64,000 nt of DNA. Source: Callorhinchus milii (taxonomy: Eukaryota). Location: NCBI RefSeq assembly GCF_018977255.1, contig NW_024704742.1, positions 129,396,001 through 129,460,000 on the forward strand, in the 5' to 3' direction. Numbering within the stretch: the first letter of the stretch is position 1; each line of letters starts with the position of its first letter. The notes beneath the pieces were generated by a model that saw nothing but the letters and a program-made list of their open reading frames with translations, did no database searches and was not told the DNA's origin. Both the position numbers and the translations under genes were made by a program. Below are positions 14,401 to 29,400 of this stretch, piece by piece.

Positions 14401-17400
14401 GAAAATTTTAATCCCTTCTTGCCTATCAATGTCCTACAGTGAGTGAAATATTGAAAATGAACTTCACATTTCAGCAGTTTCTCCTCTTAAACCAGAGTAC
14501 AGCATCTAATCTGGATTTAGTGTGTCTGTTTAAAGCGCTTTCAGCTTTTATTTAATAGGGTTTGTGCCAATTTCAAATGACTGGAATTAGCATTATTGTC
14601 AATAATGATGTTACAAACTTCAGAATATTGTATAATCTGTTTAGTTTTCCTGAGTGTTTATGCGAAAGCATACCCAGAAAAATGGTCTGTTACAATCTGG
14701 TTGAATCCTTCAGTTAAACTATTCTTCTAATTTGCAACCTACTGTATGATCACAAAGTTCATTATTATTAGTAGTAGTAGTAATATTATTCATAAGAATT
14801 GTTTAATGTAGGTTCAGTGTTTGCCTTTAGATCTGGGCATCCAGTGGTGTGTGAAATGACTCATCTTAGTGAGGCCAGAGGCAGCAGTGCAAGATGATAG
14901 TTTTAATGCTGCCTTTAATTCTAGCATTGATTTAACATAATAAGTATGTAATTTATGGGGGGAAATGCAGACTTAATGAGCCACACACTTAACATTGCTG
15001 CCTACTTTTGAATGGATTCTCATTCAAACTTTGAAGATGTCCTTATTTCTAAAATATAATTAAATGCAAAATGATGCTTTTGATTTCTCTGGTGATAGTG
15101 TTGAATTTCTAACCAAAAGGCGGAAGATTTGTATCCGAGCTTGGACTAGGATTTGCTCTTGCTTACCTCTGAATTCTGACTGTTTCTGACCAGATGAAGC
15201 TTTTAGTGTCAGGAAAGTACCGACTTCTGGAAGTGCCCCACGTTCCTTCATTGCAGTTATCTGTGGTCAGAGTGTAATTAAGTGTGGCTGAGCAGAAATT
15301 AGGACCCTCCCATCCTTCTCTGTGAGATTAGAAATGCATGAGACAGAGTGGAGATGTAAATAAATAAGACAATTTATAGCATACAAAACAAAAGTGATCT
15401 GATAGAAGAGGTAGGTGCGTGTTCAAACTATGCATTTGTTATTCGTTCCTTGTGAAATTTGTTGCAGAACAACTGTATAGCTGCTTAATATACAATATTA
15501 ATGTTTACAAAAGTTAGTCATTCAAAATATAATATTGAAAGAAAAAGTCTTGCCTAATAACCCAAATTGATTTGTATACGATGCTTCAGCATGTGAAATT
15601 CTGCAATCAAATTAGATTTCAGGTTATAATGTACTTAACAGGGACTGTCCTGTTTAAAAGTTATATTCTCAGTGAATGCAGTTAACAAATAGATTGTTCA
15701 AAATTAATCACTATTTTTAAAGACAAGTTCTAGACTAGCCTGGTAGTGCAACCTATTGACAGGTCGGTTGGTAACGTGAGGACACCGATTTTAAAATAGT
15801 TGTTAAAAGAAACAGAAGGGAGGTGAGGAAAAAATTTTCACACAAGTTGTTCAGATCTGGAATGCATTACTTGAAAAGGTGGTGGAAGCCGATTTGATGA
15901 TAACTTTTAAGAGAGAAGTAGATAATTACTTGGGAAGGACAAGTTTGTAGGGCTATGGGGAGAGCGCGGGTGAGTGGGATTGATTTGGATAGCTCATTTT
16001 AAAGCGCCGGCACATACACGATGGGCCGAATGGCCTCCTTCTATGCTGTATAATTCTGCAATTCTATGATTGTTGTGCTGTGCAGTGGAATTCTAAGACT
16101 CGTCACCATGTGGTTGAGATTTGTATATTCTTCAAGATTGCAAGTTGCTGATTTTGGGTGGGTTATCGGGTACAACACCAAAGTGAAGTTATAAGCTTTT
16201 GGAGGCAAAAAAAGTAGTTGGTGTTCCACCTCCATTCCTTCATCATCTCCTAGTGTTTTAGTGGTGATGGCCAAAACGGACATTATTGAGAGGTCTGTGG
16301 TCACCACCCATCCATTCAGATGAAGTCCAGTTTAAGAGACTCATTGGTTTCAAAGAGAAATGCAGAAAAGTGTACAGAAAATATAATAGCCCTTACATTT
16401 GATATAGCACCTTTCATATCTGGAGGAAGTCTCAAAGTACTTCACAGGATACACTGTAAAATGGAGTAGAAAAGGTCTTTGGAAAATAATTCAATTTTGA
16501 TTGTTGATCCGTAACATACAATAGGACAATATCACCTTGTGGAGATGGGAAATTGAGTGAATATCATGTCAGTTGCAGTGGCCTTATGAGATCCACCACG
16601 TGATCTCCTCCTATCTTACACACTAAACTGGCCTCCCCATCCTTGTTCCTTTTCACCAATCAATGACACTGATTGTTCTGCAAATGCACTTGTAAAGTCT
16701 ACAACATGAAAACATTGCCGAAGGTTTACTTTGCTTTATTAGAAAAGCAAATAATTCTATTCGTGTTATTTAATTTTAGCAGATCGATCAATGGGAAATA
16801 GTTTTCATCCACAGATCCTAAAGCACATTTTTCTGAAAAGAGAGATTACGATGTTGACTGATGCTGGCTAGTACAATCAGCCTTGAGGACACACACTTTA
16901 ATATTGGTCTGAGACCTGCTCATGATATATTTGCAGCTGAGCATACTGCCAAAGCAAAGTACTCAATTGGCCTTACATCAGCATCCAAAATTTCCTTTTA
17001 GTATTGACAGGATTTCTTCAAATGCTGCAAAACCTGTGTGTAGAATTTCATTTGGCCTTGTAAATTACAGGATGGTGCCACTGCAATCCTCTTAAGAGTG
17101 ATTATGGGTTCCATTATAATAATAATCTTTGCATTTCATATAGCGCTTTTCACGTCGGGAGGACGTTCCAAAGCGCTTCACAGAACACACTGTAAAGTGA
17201 ATTGACTATATTTGTGGGCGAACGCGGAAGCCAATTGCACACAGCAATGTCCCACAAACAGTCGTAGATTAAAAATGACCAATTTATTATTATTTTTGGT
17301 TTTGGAGGGATTATTATTAGGCGTGTGGAGTAAGGAAACTTGCCCAAGGTTTCGCCCTGCCTGGAATTGAACTGAGGTCTCTCGCTTGCAAAGCGAGTGC

Positions 17401-20400
17401 TCTAACCACTGAGCTACAGGACTCCACAAATATATTCAGACTCCAGTATTCAGTACCTAATGAACAAAAGAAGAATTAGTTGAAACTATAGATTTTGTCT
17501 GGAATTAAAACTTCCATCAACCCGCATATTGTGGAATAGATGGATACCAGAGTATAAACTTGTAATTATCTGGCACTATATTATTATTATCTGGCCAGGC
17601 AGAATAAAAGTCCATTCTAGTCGTCCAGCAGCCACTTAATGAACCATCATTAGAAGGGTTTGCCTTGACTCTTAATTGGAAGGAAGCTACATGAAGCAGT
17701 CTTGATGTTTGTTTTCCCCCTCAAAAAAAAAGTCTATTTGGATCTTTCTACTCAGGAGAATAAATATTCATCTCCCAAGTTTTTAGCATTTCTCACCTTA
17801 GTTTCTTTGGCATAATTCTATTTTTGTACATGGAGGATGAATAAATAAAGACCTATTGTCCACTTTTGATATCGTATTCCTTATTCTTTAAGTGAAACAT
17901 CTCCACGTATAAAATTCCCTCTGGGCCCTCTACTTTGAAACTGCCAAATTTATGTATTTTAGTTTGTTTCATCTTTGCTTCATTGTGAGATCTGTAAGAC
18001 TGTTGAGGGAAGAGGAGAACAATTTATGTAGGAGGGAAGATTTAATGTATGCCGAGGTTCCCACCAGCTAAAACTTTGAGAAGAGACAATGTCTGTAGTT
18101 CATCCTTTCCAATGGTGCCATCATATTGTTGTATGGGAAGGACAAAACTATTTTAAAGAATGAGGAAGATCATACTCCAGGTTGGAAGGAGCTTTTAGTT
18201 TGTCACAGTAATGTGATTTTCTTCTTACCTAGGATTTACTAAGTTTCCCCAAGTATCATCCATTGTGAATTGGATGGATGACTTTCTCTGCTAAAGTAAC
18301 TTTGAAACTTGGGGCTAGTAAGTCTTGAAAAGCTACCCATGCAATACTGTCACTCTGATTTTCCTTCTGTGGAGAAATGAGTGGCCTCCATTCAATGCCG
18401 CCACGCGAGCATGGCACAGATTAAAATTGCTTGTCTCAACATCCCATGACTCTGAAATAGTTCACCAGCATACCAATAGGTCGCACTATCATGCTAGCAT
18501 TAAAGAAACACTAAGTCTAGCTTATCATGTATTATTTTAAATTATAATAAACATTTGCAGTTTGAAAGTTCTGCTGAATTTTTGGTTTACCTGTGCATGT
18601 GTTGTCTATAAATTGTTTAGTTCTGCACTGACATAAGTTTCTTCCTTATAGACAAATGGTTTTTGTGCGATTTCCCTCACTTTCTGGATTGCTGAACAAC
18701 CCTCTGTTACTCCCTGGGTTGAATGTGGTATCCACCACCTCTGATGATGGTGAACAAAGAAACTATTTTTCATATCCTCCTGCTTCTACCAGACAGCATA
18801 GTTCTCCTGGTAAGATGTTGTTCAAAAAATCAATAATAATAATTGCATTTCATTGCATAATTGCAGCGCCTTATCAGGTTTTGTAGACCACAGCACAACA
18901 GTTTGCATTTATATGGCACTCCTCACCCAGGGTAGTGTCCCAGAGCGCTTAGAGCATGATGTCAAGCCAGGGGAGATAGGAGAGATCGTAGGCACGGTCG
19001 AATAGGAAGGTCTTTAGTTGCGACTTGAAGATGGGGAAAGAAGGTACAAGGCGGACGGGGGATAGAGGAAGAGTTTTCCAGAGTTTCGGAATATATTGTA
19101 AAGTGGATTGACTGCAGTTTTGTGAGTGAAACGCAGCAGTCAGTTGCTTTAAAAAAAACTCAAATTTCTGTTCGAGACAAATCCAATGCCATTTCTTTCA
19201 TTTCAATAGATTCCAGAAGCGATCCTCCTGAGCATCCACCTCCTGTTGCTGTCCCCTTGCTTGAAATGGGCTTTTCTCTAAGACACATCTGCTCAGCAGT
19301 TGATGCTGCAGGTACGCAGAAGTGTTTTGTCATAAACTGGTAATGCCAGGAACCCAAATAACCTACATCGGATACTGTTGCTACCTTAGATAACGTATGC
19401 ATACTGTTATTGCAAATACTTTTTCTTACATTATAATCTTTAACAATTCATATTGGAAAATGAGCGCCAAACCTTACGTTTTTGTTAGGATGTTGGAAGA
19501 TATCCCTGTAGTTGAACCTAGTATTAAAATCCTTGTGTTTCACAATGATCTGTGTTATCAGCATTTTGGGCTTTATCATACACTTGTAAAGTGTTGATTA
19601 TAATTTTATCTTCCCTCAGCACTCCTTGGTCCTTTGAGGTTTGGATATTTTGGCGTGACTGTAGTGTTGCTACTTTCTTTCCTTTGGGAACCCTTTTATT
19701 AATAAGAGTTTGATGCTTGCAGCAAAATAATTCTGGGGCGAGAAATGAAGGAAACGTTCATAATTCCTGAATGTTTGATCAAAACAAGCAGTTGCAATAA
19801 CTATTTAAAGATTTAACATCTTCTGAGTAAATTCTGCTTCTGGGCACTTCACTGTCAATCTAATATTGTTCCGATTTAGTTGTATCATCTCAAAGTGCTT
19901 CAAAGTAATTACTGTAAAGCATATTGCCATGACAAGTGTAAGCCACAAACAGCCATGACATGGATGGTAAAATAATCTGGAAAGATTTTGGCCAGGGCAC
20001 TAGAAGAAACTCCCTTCTCTTTAGCAATAGTGTCATGCAATCTTTAATTTCTGTTATATGAGCAGAAGGGACTTTAATTTAATTTCTCATCCGATGATAG
20101 TACAAACCTCCTCAGAACTATAGCATCAACTTAGCTCAAGTAGAGTTCCACTGTGGGCCTTAACCCCACAATCTTGGGGCCAAGAGGCAATAACATTTCT
20201 ACCAAATGAGCCAAACTGGGGTTTAAGGCTTACTATTTAACTGTCCTGGATTATAGTTATCATTTTTCACTAATTTTCTATTTCCAGGAGTTTCTGGGGA
20301 TGCAGATCCACAATCAATCGAACAACTGGCCAGCTGGATGCTGGAACATCCACTGACAGAAGAACAGGAAGTAATTGTCTACTCCTCAGGAAATCTAGAC

Positions 20401-23400
20401 CATGGTTTGGATACACCCATGGAGTCCGAGGTTATAGTGCATAATCAAACAGCTGCCCTCGTGTCTCCTGGAGATGTTGACAGGGAAGATACAATTGAAG
20501 GGTAGGCATCAAGTGTGAAGAAAGTTGATTAAACATTTAAGCATTCTTAAAAAACAATCTGCCCATTTCAGCTAAGTACCACTTGGGTCAATTTCCCAAG
20601 AGGCGAAAGATGGAGAGATTGAAATCCAGGACTAGAGAGAGAGATGCACACACAAACACAGGAAGATGGGTAAAGGTAGAGAGAGATCCACACAAAAATA
20701 CAGGGAAACAGGTGAAAATTAGAGACACACCAAGACTGAGGTGTCCATATTATTTTCATGTCTACAGAATAATCGGGCAGTACCAATTGGCCTCTCTCCC
20801 ATTTAAATACAATATTAAATCAATTTCAATTTGACTTGCTAGCACTGATGTGTACTGATATGATAGAACTGATGCGGTGAATTCAATGGGACTTGCAAGA
20901 TAACAAAGAATCCAGTTGGAGGCAACACTGTGATTTCTGAATCACGACCAGTTAGCTTTTTGAGACTAAACTGATTATTGTTTCCCAATTCGTTCATTCT
21001 GCTCATTTTTGATTTAGAGGAAGATGAAAGTAATTTGACATTAGTATATTTAAAGTTTGCACCTTTTTAAGTATTTGCTAGAAATTGTCATTGCTATTTT
21101 GATTTAATTGTTTCTTGTTTCATTCCCCCCCCCCCCCCGCCCATCAATTCCACACAGAACTACTAATGGTTTGGATCAGGTAGAGAGAGGAAACTTCATA
21201 GATGTACATTTGACTAGAAATAGGCCTCCACCTGCTCGAAGACACAGAGGAAACCAGGGACAACGATCTTCATTCAGAAGAGCTGGTGAGCTCTAGTTAG
21301 CTACCTTAATTTGTGGCTGTGGTTGATTATACCTGACATTCGGTAAGGAGTTGCCAGGAGTATCAAAAGTGCCTCATTAATGTAATATTTGGCAATACAA
21401 ATGTCTCGTGTGAAAGCAACAACATTGAGGGTTAAATAAATGTCATTCATAATGAGGCATTAAACTGAGGTCCCATCCACCTGTTTAGATGGACACTAAT
21501 GATCCCCTGATACTATTTGAGAAGGGAATTTCTCCCGGTTTCTTGGTCAACAATCCCCCAGATTAAAATTAACATTAGTCATTCACTTCATGGCTGTTTG
21601 TGGCACATTGCTGTGTGCAAATTGGCTGCTGAGATTGTCTACAAAATACACAGTCACTACACTTCATAGTATAATCCTCAAGCATTTGAGACATACCACC
21701 TGATTAGGTGCTATGTCGCATGCAGGGACTATTACCTTTAATATTATAAAATGGTGCAATGGTGTTGGAGCTTTTCAGTTTGATTTGAAGGCAGCTCAGA
21801 CTGATGAAATTCTGCCCTCTGATAGTTGGAGGACCTCTATTTGAGATGAGTTTCAGCAGTCTGAGCTGGTTCCATGAGCATCTGAGTCAACTTCACAGAA
21901 GTACCATAATACAGCAGTAATTGACACTAAATCGGGCTGTCTCAGATCATTAACTGTGTCCAATATTTTGAGTAATGTGCTTGGAATTATAACCCGTTTC
22001 ACTTTTGACTGAGTGCAAGGAAGTTTTGTCAAGGTAGAATCCAGGATTCTTCGATTGTTTGTTATTGACACACAATACAGAGAATAACATGATTCCATTC
22101 CCAGATTCACATTGCTCATCATGACGAGCCCCCAAATCACTAATTTCAAGTGAAATAAATAGATTGACCTTGAGATGCGGTTAACTTTTACCAAATAGTA
22201 TTTTATCTATAGAATCAAAACCTGAATTCTATTTTATGTCAATGTTTCAAGTTATTTCTATTAATAACCAGTTTCTAATTGTATATAATGTAAACAACAT
22301 ATCACTTTTTAATAATCATGTATTGCTTTACAAAAGAACAGAGGAAAGTTAAACACTTGTATCTCTCGTGGATAACTAATCAAAATTCATGTTTCACAAA
22401 GGTTCCAGATCCCCTCAGCTGGTGCAGCCATCATTAAGGAGGGAGCCAGGGACTGCAGGGTGGCAGGAGGCTGATGCCATGTCTGATCGCAATCTGGAGG
22501 GAGAACTGGAGCTGTGCTTTTCTGAGGACCCGCTATCAGAAGGTTCTGTTGAAGATATGTTCCCTTCTGAATGTGCTACTGAAAACGAGACTCAAGGCAT
22601 TTGGTTATCTGAGATGATGGACTGGCCAAACATGGTAAGCCATAAATGATTCATTCGTTTGTCCATTTAATTCCTTTCCACTCCTTTCCCCTATCTGTTA
22701 ATTTATGCTCACTTTATAACAACATAATAAAATTAGTGTGTGTATACCTGCAGAATTGTTTATATATTGAATTAAAGCCATTTTGTATTTTCTTTTAACA
22801 AAGAATATTTTTTATGATGAGTAATTGCAGTTTGTTTAAAATGCAGCAATGTAAACATTGTTTTTTTTCTCCATCAGTATGTTGTTAGGCTTGGTTAGCA
22901 CACTTGTGTCCATTTGCTTTTAGGAACAATTGCAGTTAACTAAATATTTCAGCATTGTGGGAATGAGCCCCCTGTGACACTCCAAACACAAATGTACTCT
23001 CAAATCTACTTTCAGCATTACTTCACCTTAACCTTTTATAGTTAAAAATGCTTGTTCCACACATCTGAGTTTGGGGGCAGGGAGGGAATCTAGTAATTCT
23101 ACTGCTGGGAAGAATCCAAATACACATAGAAGGAAAAGTTCCCATACACATCAATGTTCATTGAAACATGAATGAAAATAATGTCAGCAGGAAGCGAGTG
23201 TAAACATTTTAACTGAAATCATAGTGCCAACACTGATCACTAATGTATATAGATACGGAAGGATTCATTAAGTCAAAAGTGTCGCTCGATATTTCGGGCT
23301 TTGAATTCTAAACTTTTTGATAAATGTGCTATAGATATAAAACCTTCACTGATACGTCTAGTGTTAAATATTGGTAATTTCCAGTTAATCTGAATATACA

Positions 23401-26400
23401 GCAACAGCATTGGTACTTTTGTAACCTTTACATTTACTAACTGTGTGAAATGTTGAGAAAATGCATTAAAATTGAAGGCATAAATAAGGAATTTGTAGGT
23501 TTTATTGTATTATTTTAAACTTATAAATTGCTTTATGAATTCAATTAGTGCCAAGATAGCTCAGAGGCAGAGGAAGTAGTCGTTTGTGAACTATGTGATA
23601 CTCATACATTGCAATTCAACAATCACATGAAGAGACATCACCCCGGTTGTGGAGAGAGTGCAGGCCACATGGGATATCGCAGTAACGGGGCTTATGTTGA
23701 CGGCTGGTTTGGAGGAGAGTGTGGCACAGGGAGTCCCTACTACCTGATGTGTAGCAGTTGCCGTGCAAAATATCTGGCAGAGAAACCTAAAAGCAAGCCA
23801 ATCAAATTAAATCGGTAAGCATCATCTGCAATATGTTTGAGCCTGTGTTTGTACTGAAGTAGAGTGTTATAAAGTACAGCTGCAGCAAGACATCAACTTT
23901 TGTCATACACTTTGAGGCTTATTATCTAACATCCATTGTGATGCCGACAGAGTTGTCATATTGTATAGAACCGATATTTCAACTCTGGCACAAATGGATT
24001 AAGTCATCCTTATCAATTCCACTGGGCTTGATTGGTGTTTACTGTACAAGAAATTGGTTTCCTCTACAGCTCTGCCAATTAGGTCTACACTGAGCGATTA
24101 TGAGATCTGTAGAACACTGAAATTGTAAGCAAAACTATTAGATCAGACTCACTCTGGGATTTTTATTGGTCACTTTTTTAAAAATAAATTACCATTCATA
24201 TGGGCCTGTATAGGTTAGATATGATTACCAAGGCGATGGATATTTGTACGGATAGAATGTTACAGAATTCATGCTCTAGACAACATCATAGTCGCTGTTT
24301 CCTCTCAAGAGTTTTAGTGTTGACAGTAACACAATGAACATTTCTACCTTCCACCGTTAGGCTAAGAAAAATTATAAATATTGCTTAAAATGCAAATGTA
24401 TTCTCTTGAATTGCTAAGAATTGAACCTAAATCTCACTGTCTTTCAGTTCCTGCTTCCCACAATGTGTTCATAGAATCATAGAATTCTACAGCACAGAAG
24501 GAGGCCATTTGGTCCTTCATGTCTTTGAAAAGAGCTTCCAAATCAATCCCTCTCTCCCCGTAGCCTTGCAAACTTGTCCTCCCCAAATAATTATCTACTT
24601 CTCTTTTAAAAGTTGTTATCAAATCAGCTTCCACCCCCTTTCAAGCAATGCATTCTAGATCCGAACAACTCGCTGTGTGAAAACATTTCTCCTCACCTCC
24701 CCTCTGTTTCTTTTAACAACTGTTTTAAATCGGTGTCCTCGGGTTACCGACCCACCCGCCAGTGGAAATAGTTTCTCCTTGTTCACCCTATCAAATCCCC
24801 TCATAATTTTGAAAACTTCTATAAAGTCTCATTTTAACCTTCTCCAAGGAGAATAATCCTAGCTTCTCTAGCCTCTCCTGATAACTGAAGTCCCTCATTC
24901 CTGGTAAATCTCCTTTGTATCCTCTCCAATGCCTTGACATCCTTCCTAAAGTATGGTGCCCAGAACTGAACACAGTCTCCCGCTGAGGCCTAACCAGTGT
25001 TTTATAAAAGTTCATCATAACTTCTTGACTTTTGTATTCTATGCCCCTATTTATAAAGCCTAGTATCTCATTTGCTTTTTTAACAGCTTTACCTACCTAT
25101 CCTGACACCTTCAAAGATTTACTTATATGAACACCCAGGTCTCTCTGTTCCTTCACCCCTTCAAATTCTCCTTACCTATCGCATCCCCCCACCCCTAAGC
25201 CCTCCCCCACCTTCATCCCCAACATCTCCACCCTCCTATCTTCCCTCTCCTTCTGCTCCGAACACCTCCTTATCCTAGGCGACTTCAACCTTCACTTCAG
25301 CCCCTCTGCTGACTTCTTCTCCCTTATCTCCTCCCTCAATCTCTCCCTCCACATCCACTCTGCCACCCATGTCCGCGGTCACCCTTTCGACCTGGTGATC
25401 ACTCGGGGCCTCACCGTCTTGGACCATCACTTCATCTCCCTTACCTCCTCAATTTCTCTCCCCACTGCCACCGAACCTACCTCCATCTCCTACCACCCCT
25501 GGAAAAAATCAGAAACCTCCCTCTCAGCTTGGAGTTATCTGAACTCCTTCCCCTCTGGGCTTCCTCCTGCAATGACCTATCCTCCTCAGTCACTCTTCTC
25601 GACAGCTCCCTCTCCTCCACTCTCGATTTCCCATGCTCCCTTCTCTTCCTGAACCTTCTCCTATTCACTCCTAAGTCATTATGGTACACCAGCCAACTCC
25701 ATTCCTTAAAGCACAGTGTGCCGCTGAACCCACCTGGCTTAAATCAAACTTAACGGTCTATCGGCATATCCGGCTGGACCTTATCAAATCCTACCCCTCT
25801 GCCCTCGCCTCCTCTAAATCGTCATTCTACTCCAAGACAATCTTGGAGCCCAAGGACAACCCTAGGCTCCTCTCCATCACCAACCTGCTCCTCCGCCCAC
25901 CCTCTCAAGCTTCGCCCATCCTCACTTCCAATTCAAACTGTGAGGCGATGCTGGGCTTCCTCGACTCCAAAATTGAGGAGATCCGCTTAGCTGCTTCTGC
26001 CCTTCCGTTTACTATACCCTCCCCATTTCCCCTCCCACCCCAGCCCCTACCCATCCCTCCCTCTATATCTTTGAACCCGTCTCCCACTCCTCTCTCACCT
26101 CGACTATAACCCACATAAAACCGACCACCTGCTCCCTCATCGCCATCCCTACCCTTCTCCTTGCCTCCCAGCTACACTTCCTTACCCCTCTACTCACAGA
26201 CGTCATAAACCTCTCCCTGGAGAACACTGGTAATGTTCCCATCCCATTAAATACGACTGTCATCACATCTATCCTTAAAAAACCTTCCCAGGACCCATCT
26301 CTACTCTCAAACTACCTTTCCTCTCCATCTCCAACCTCACTTGCCTATCCAAGGTACTGGAATGAGTTGTTGCTTCCCAGCATCACTCTTCCTCTCCCGC

Positions 26401-29400
26401 CACACCCTTCACGAACCACTCCAATCGGATTTCCGTACCACCCACAGCATAAAAGCAGCCCTGGTCCATCTGCAACCAGGGCTCCCTCTGCCTCCTCGAC
26501 CGCCTTAACCGCTCTGTTGCCTTCGACACCGTGGACCACTCTATCCTCATCCGCCGCCTCTCCTCTCACCTCAACCTTCACGGCTCTGTCCTTGACAGGT
26601 TCAAATCGTACCTCTCACACCACCTCCACTTCATCTCCACAAACGGTTTCTCCTCTGGCCCCCACACCGTCTCATGCAGTGTTCCTCAGGGCTCTTTCTT
26701 TGGTCCCCTCCTCTTCAATATGTATATGCTCCCTCTTGGTGACATCATCCTCAGACATGAGATCAATTTCCATATGTATGCGGATGACACCCAACTGTAC
26801 CTCTCTGCCTCCACTCTTGACTCCAGGACCACTGCTGTCAGACATCAAGTCCTGGATGAGAGCTAACTTTCTTCAGTTGAACGTCAACAAGACTGAGGCT
26901 CTTCTAATTGGCTCCCGTCAGCGTCTCCTCACCTCAGGCGCTGACAGCATCACCATCCATGATTGCATACTCCACCTTGCTAAGCCAGTCCAGAACCTTG
27001 GGGTCTTGTTTGACCCTCAACTGTCCTTTCTTGCCCACATCTGTGCCTGACCCGCTCTGCCTTCCCCCACTTCTGCAACATCGCCCGACTCCGCCACTGT
27101 CTCACTCCGCAGGCCGCCGAAACCCTCATACATGTTCTCATTACATCAAGGCTTGACTATGCAAACTCCCTGCTTGTCGGCCTCCCAACTCCTCCCTCCA
27201 TAGGCTATAGATCATCCAGAACTCTGCAACCTTCTCCCAGATCAGGCTCCATGACCCTATCACCGCCATCCTCAACTGACTCCACTGGCTTCCCATCACA
27301 CAGAGGATACAGTTCAAGATCCTGGTCCTCACCTGCAAAACCCTCCATGGTCTTGCTCCCCCTACCTCTACAAATCTCCTAACCCCCTACCATCCTGCTC
27401 GCTCCCTCCGCTCAGCGACCAGGCCTTCTTCCACTCGTCCCCCACCCGCTGGAACTCCATTCCACAGTCACTCCGCCTCGCCCCCTGCTTTTCCACCTTG
27501 AAGACTCGTCTCAAGACCCTCCTCTTCAACCGTGCTTTTGATCTCCCTGCTTCCCCAACTGCCCTCCACCCTCCCTGATTCCGACCTCCAGCTCGGGTCC
27601 AAAACTCTTGACTGTGCAGCCCCTTGGGATGTCCTCGCAATGTTAAAAGCACTATACAAATGTCATTGTGTTGTTAAGATTGTACCATCTTATATTATCT
27701 TATATTGCCTCTCTTCATGCTTGGTCCCAAAATGCATCACTTCAGTGGATTTGCATTTTAAATTGTTTTTGTGACTTATTGACTTAATTCTGATGGGAAG
27801 AAATGCTTTTCATTCATTCACTGAAGATGGATTTTTGATGGGCAACCCACTTTTCAAATCAAATTATAATTGATTACAATCCCATCATCAAATGAATCTC
27901 AGTAATATATCAAGAATACTTTCTTTCCTTGTAGAATAAAAGGATTGGCGCCCGATTTAATCAGCAAGCATGAAAATAATTTTGAAGGTAGGTTGTTAAA
28001 ATATTTGTATACAATTCTAAATGTGTAATTGAAATCATCTTTTTAACATGCAAAATGCTAATCGATCACATAAGCACTTGGATCCTTATTTTGTTTCTCT
28101 TCTTTTGCTTGGGTTTGGGAGGATTATTACTTTTGTTTTGTTTTTGCAATTTGAATAGATTTTCATTTACACAGTATTTTGTAGCTTTCTTTGCCATTAA
28201 AGCGCGGTCACTATACGTTGTATCAATTCTTGTGAAACCTGACGTGAAATGCACATTATCAAATGCAAAAAAGTAAAGATTATTCTTTCTTAGCTTCTTT
28301 GTGGATTCATTATAATGCAGATAGTAGATAGTGTATAGCAACAAATTTAATAACACACTATACTGATGTGCAGTATGTAAATCAATAATTAATTATAGCC
28401 CAGCTGCATATTATTGATTCTTATGTTAATACCTGTTATTTTTTTACAGAGTATATTATTTGCATAAAACTCTGTTTTCTGTGCATTTGTATTTCACAGA
28501 GGAATGGGACATGTTAGATACTGAAGAAAAGGAGCGACTTACAGGACTGGAAGACTTTGCTGTGTTAGCTGCACCGTTGGGATTGAACGACAGCAAATTG
28601 ATTCCCGATTCAGTCCAGTTCCCTGATCATGATCCTCTTGGAGCATCAGTAACCAGGGAAAGCAACACGGAGGACAGTCTTTTAAAGAAAGGTAACACAG
28701 CTGTGTTAACCTGTTTTGTTTTGGAAGTAATGAGTCATGTTAAGTGTATAACCAACGCAGCCCAAACCCTCATCCACGCCTTTGTCATTTCCTGGCTGGA
28801 CTATTCCAATGCCCTCCTCGCTCCCCAGCTCCACCGTACACAAAATTCAATGAATCCAAAACTCTGGCGCCCAGATACTCACCCGCACAAAACTCCGAAC
28901 CTCACCACGCCAGTCCTTGCCAGGCTCCACTGGCTACCAATTACCAAACGGATCTATTTCAAAATCATCTCACTCATTTTCAAATCCCTTTATGAACTCA
29001 GATTCTGTTTGATGTTTACTTATTTAAGAAAGGATGTACTCGCCTTGGAGGGGGTACAACGTAGATTCACTAGGTTGGTACCAGGGATGAGGGGGATGAG
29101 TTATGAGGATAGGTTGAGCAATTTAGGCCTATATTCTCTAAAATATAGAAGGATGAGAGGTGATCTTATAGAAACCTATAAGATTATTAAGGGGCATGAC
29201 AGAATAGATAGTGGGAGACTTTTTCCCCTGGTTGGAGAAACTATAACCAGGGGCCACAGTCTTAAATTTAGGGGTAAGCCCTTTCACACTGAATTGAGGA
29301 AAAACTTCTTCACTCAGAGGATAGTGAATTTATGGAATTCTCTACCGCAAAGGGCTGTAGATGCTTAGTCCTTGAACATATTCAAGACTGAGATTGATAG

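Noticed and set aside
17355..17427. tRNA-Ala gene (also 57020-57095)
   Set aside because: Continues directly into a SINE body and (ATT)n tail, lacks a proper acceptor stem, and occurs as dispersed copies.
21125..21138. Poly-C tract and other microsatellites (GA ~10620, TG ~42582, T ~54985)
   Set aside because: Ordinary simple repeats; the poly-C is just part of the exon 13 pyrimidine tract.
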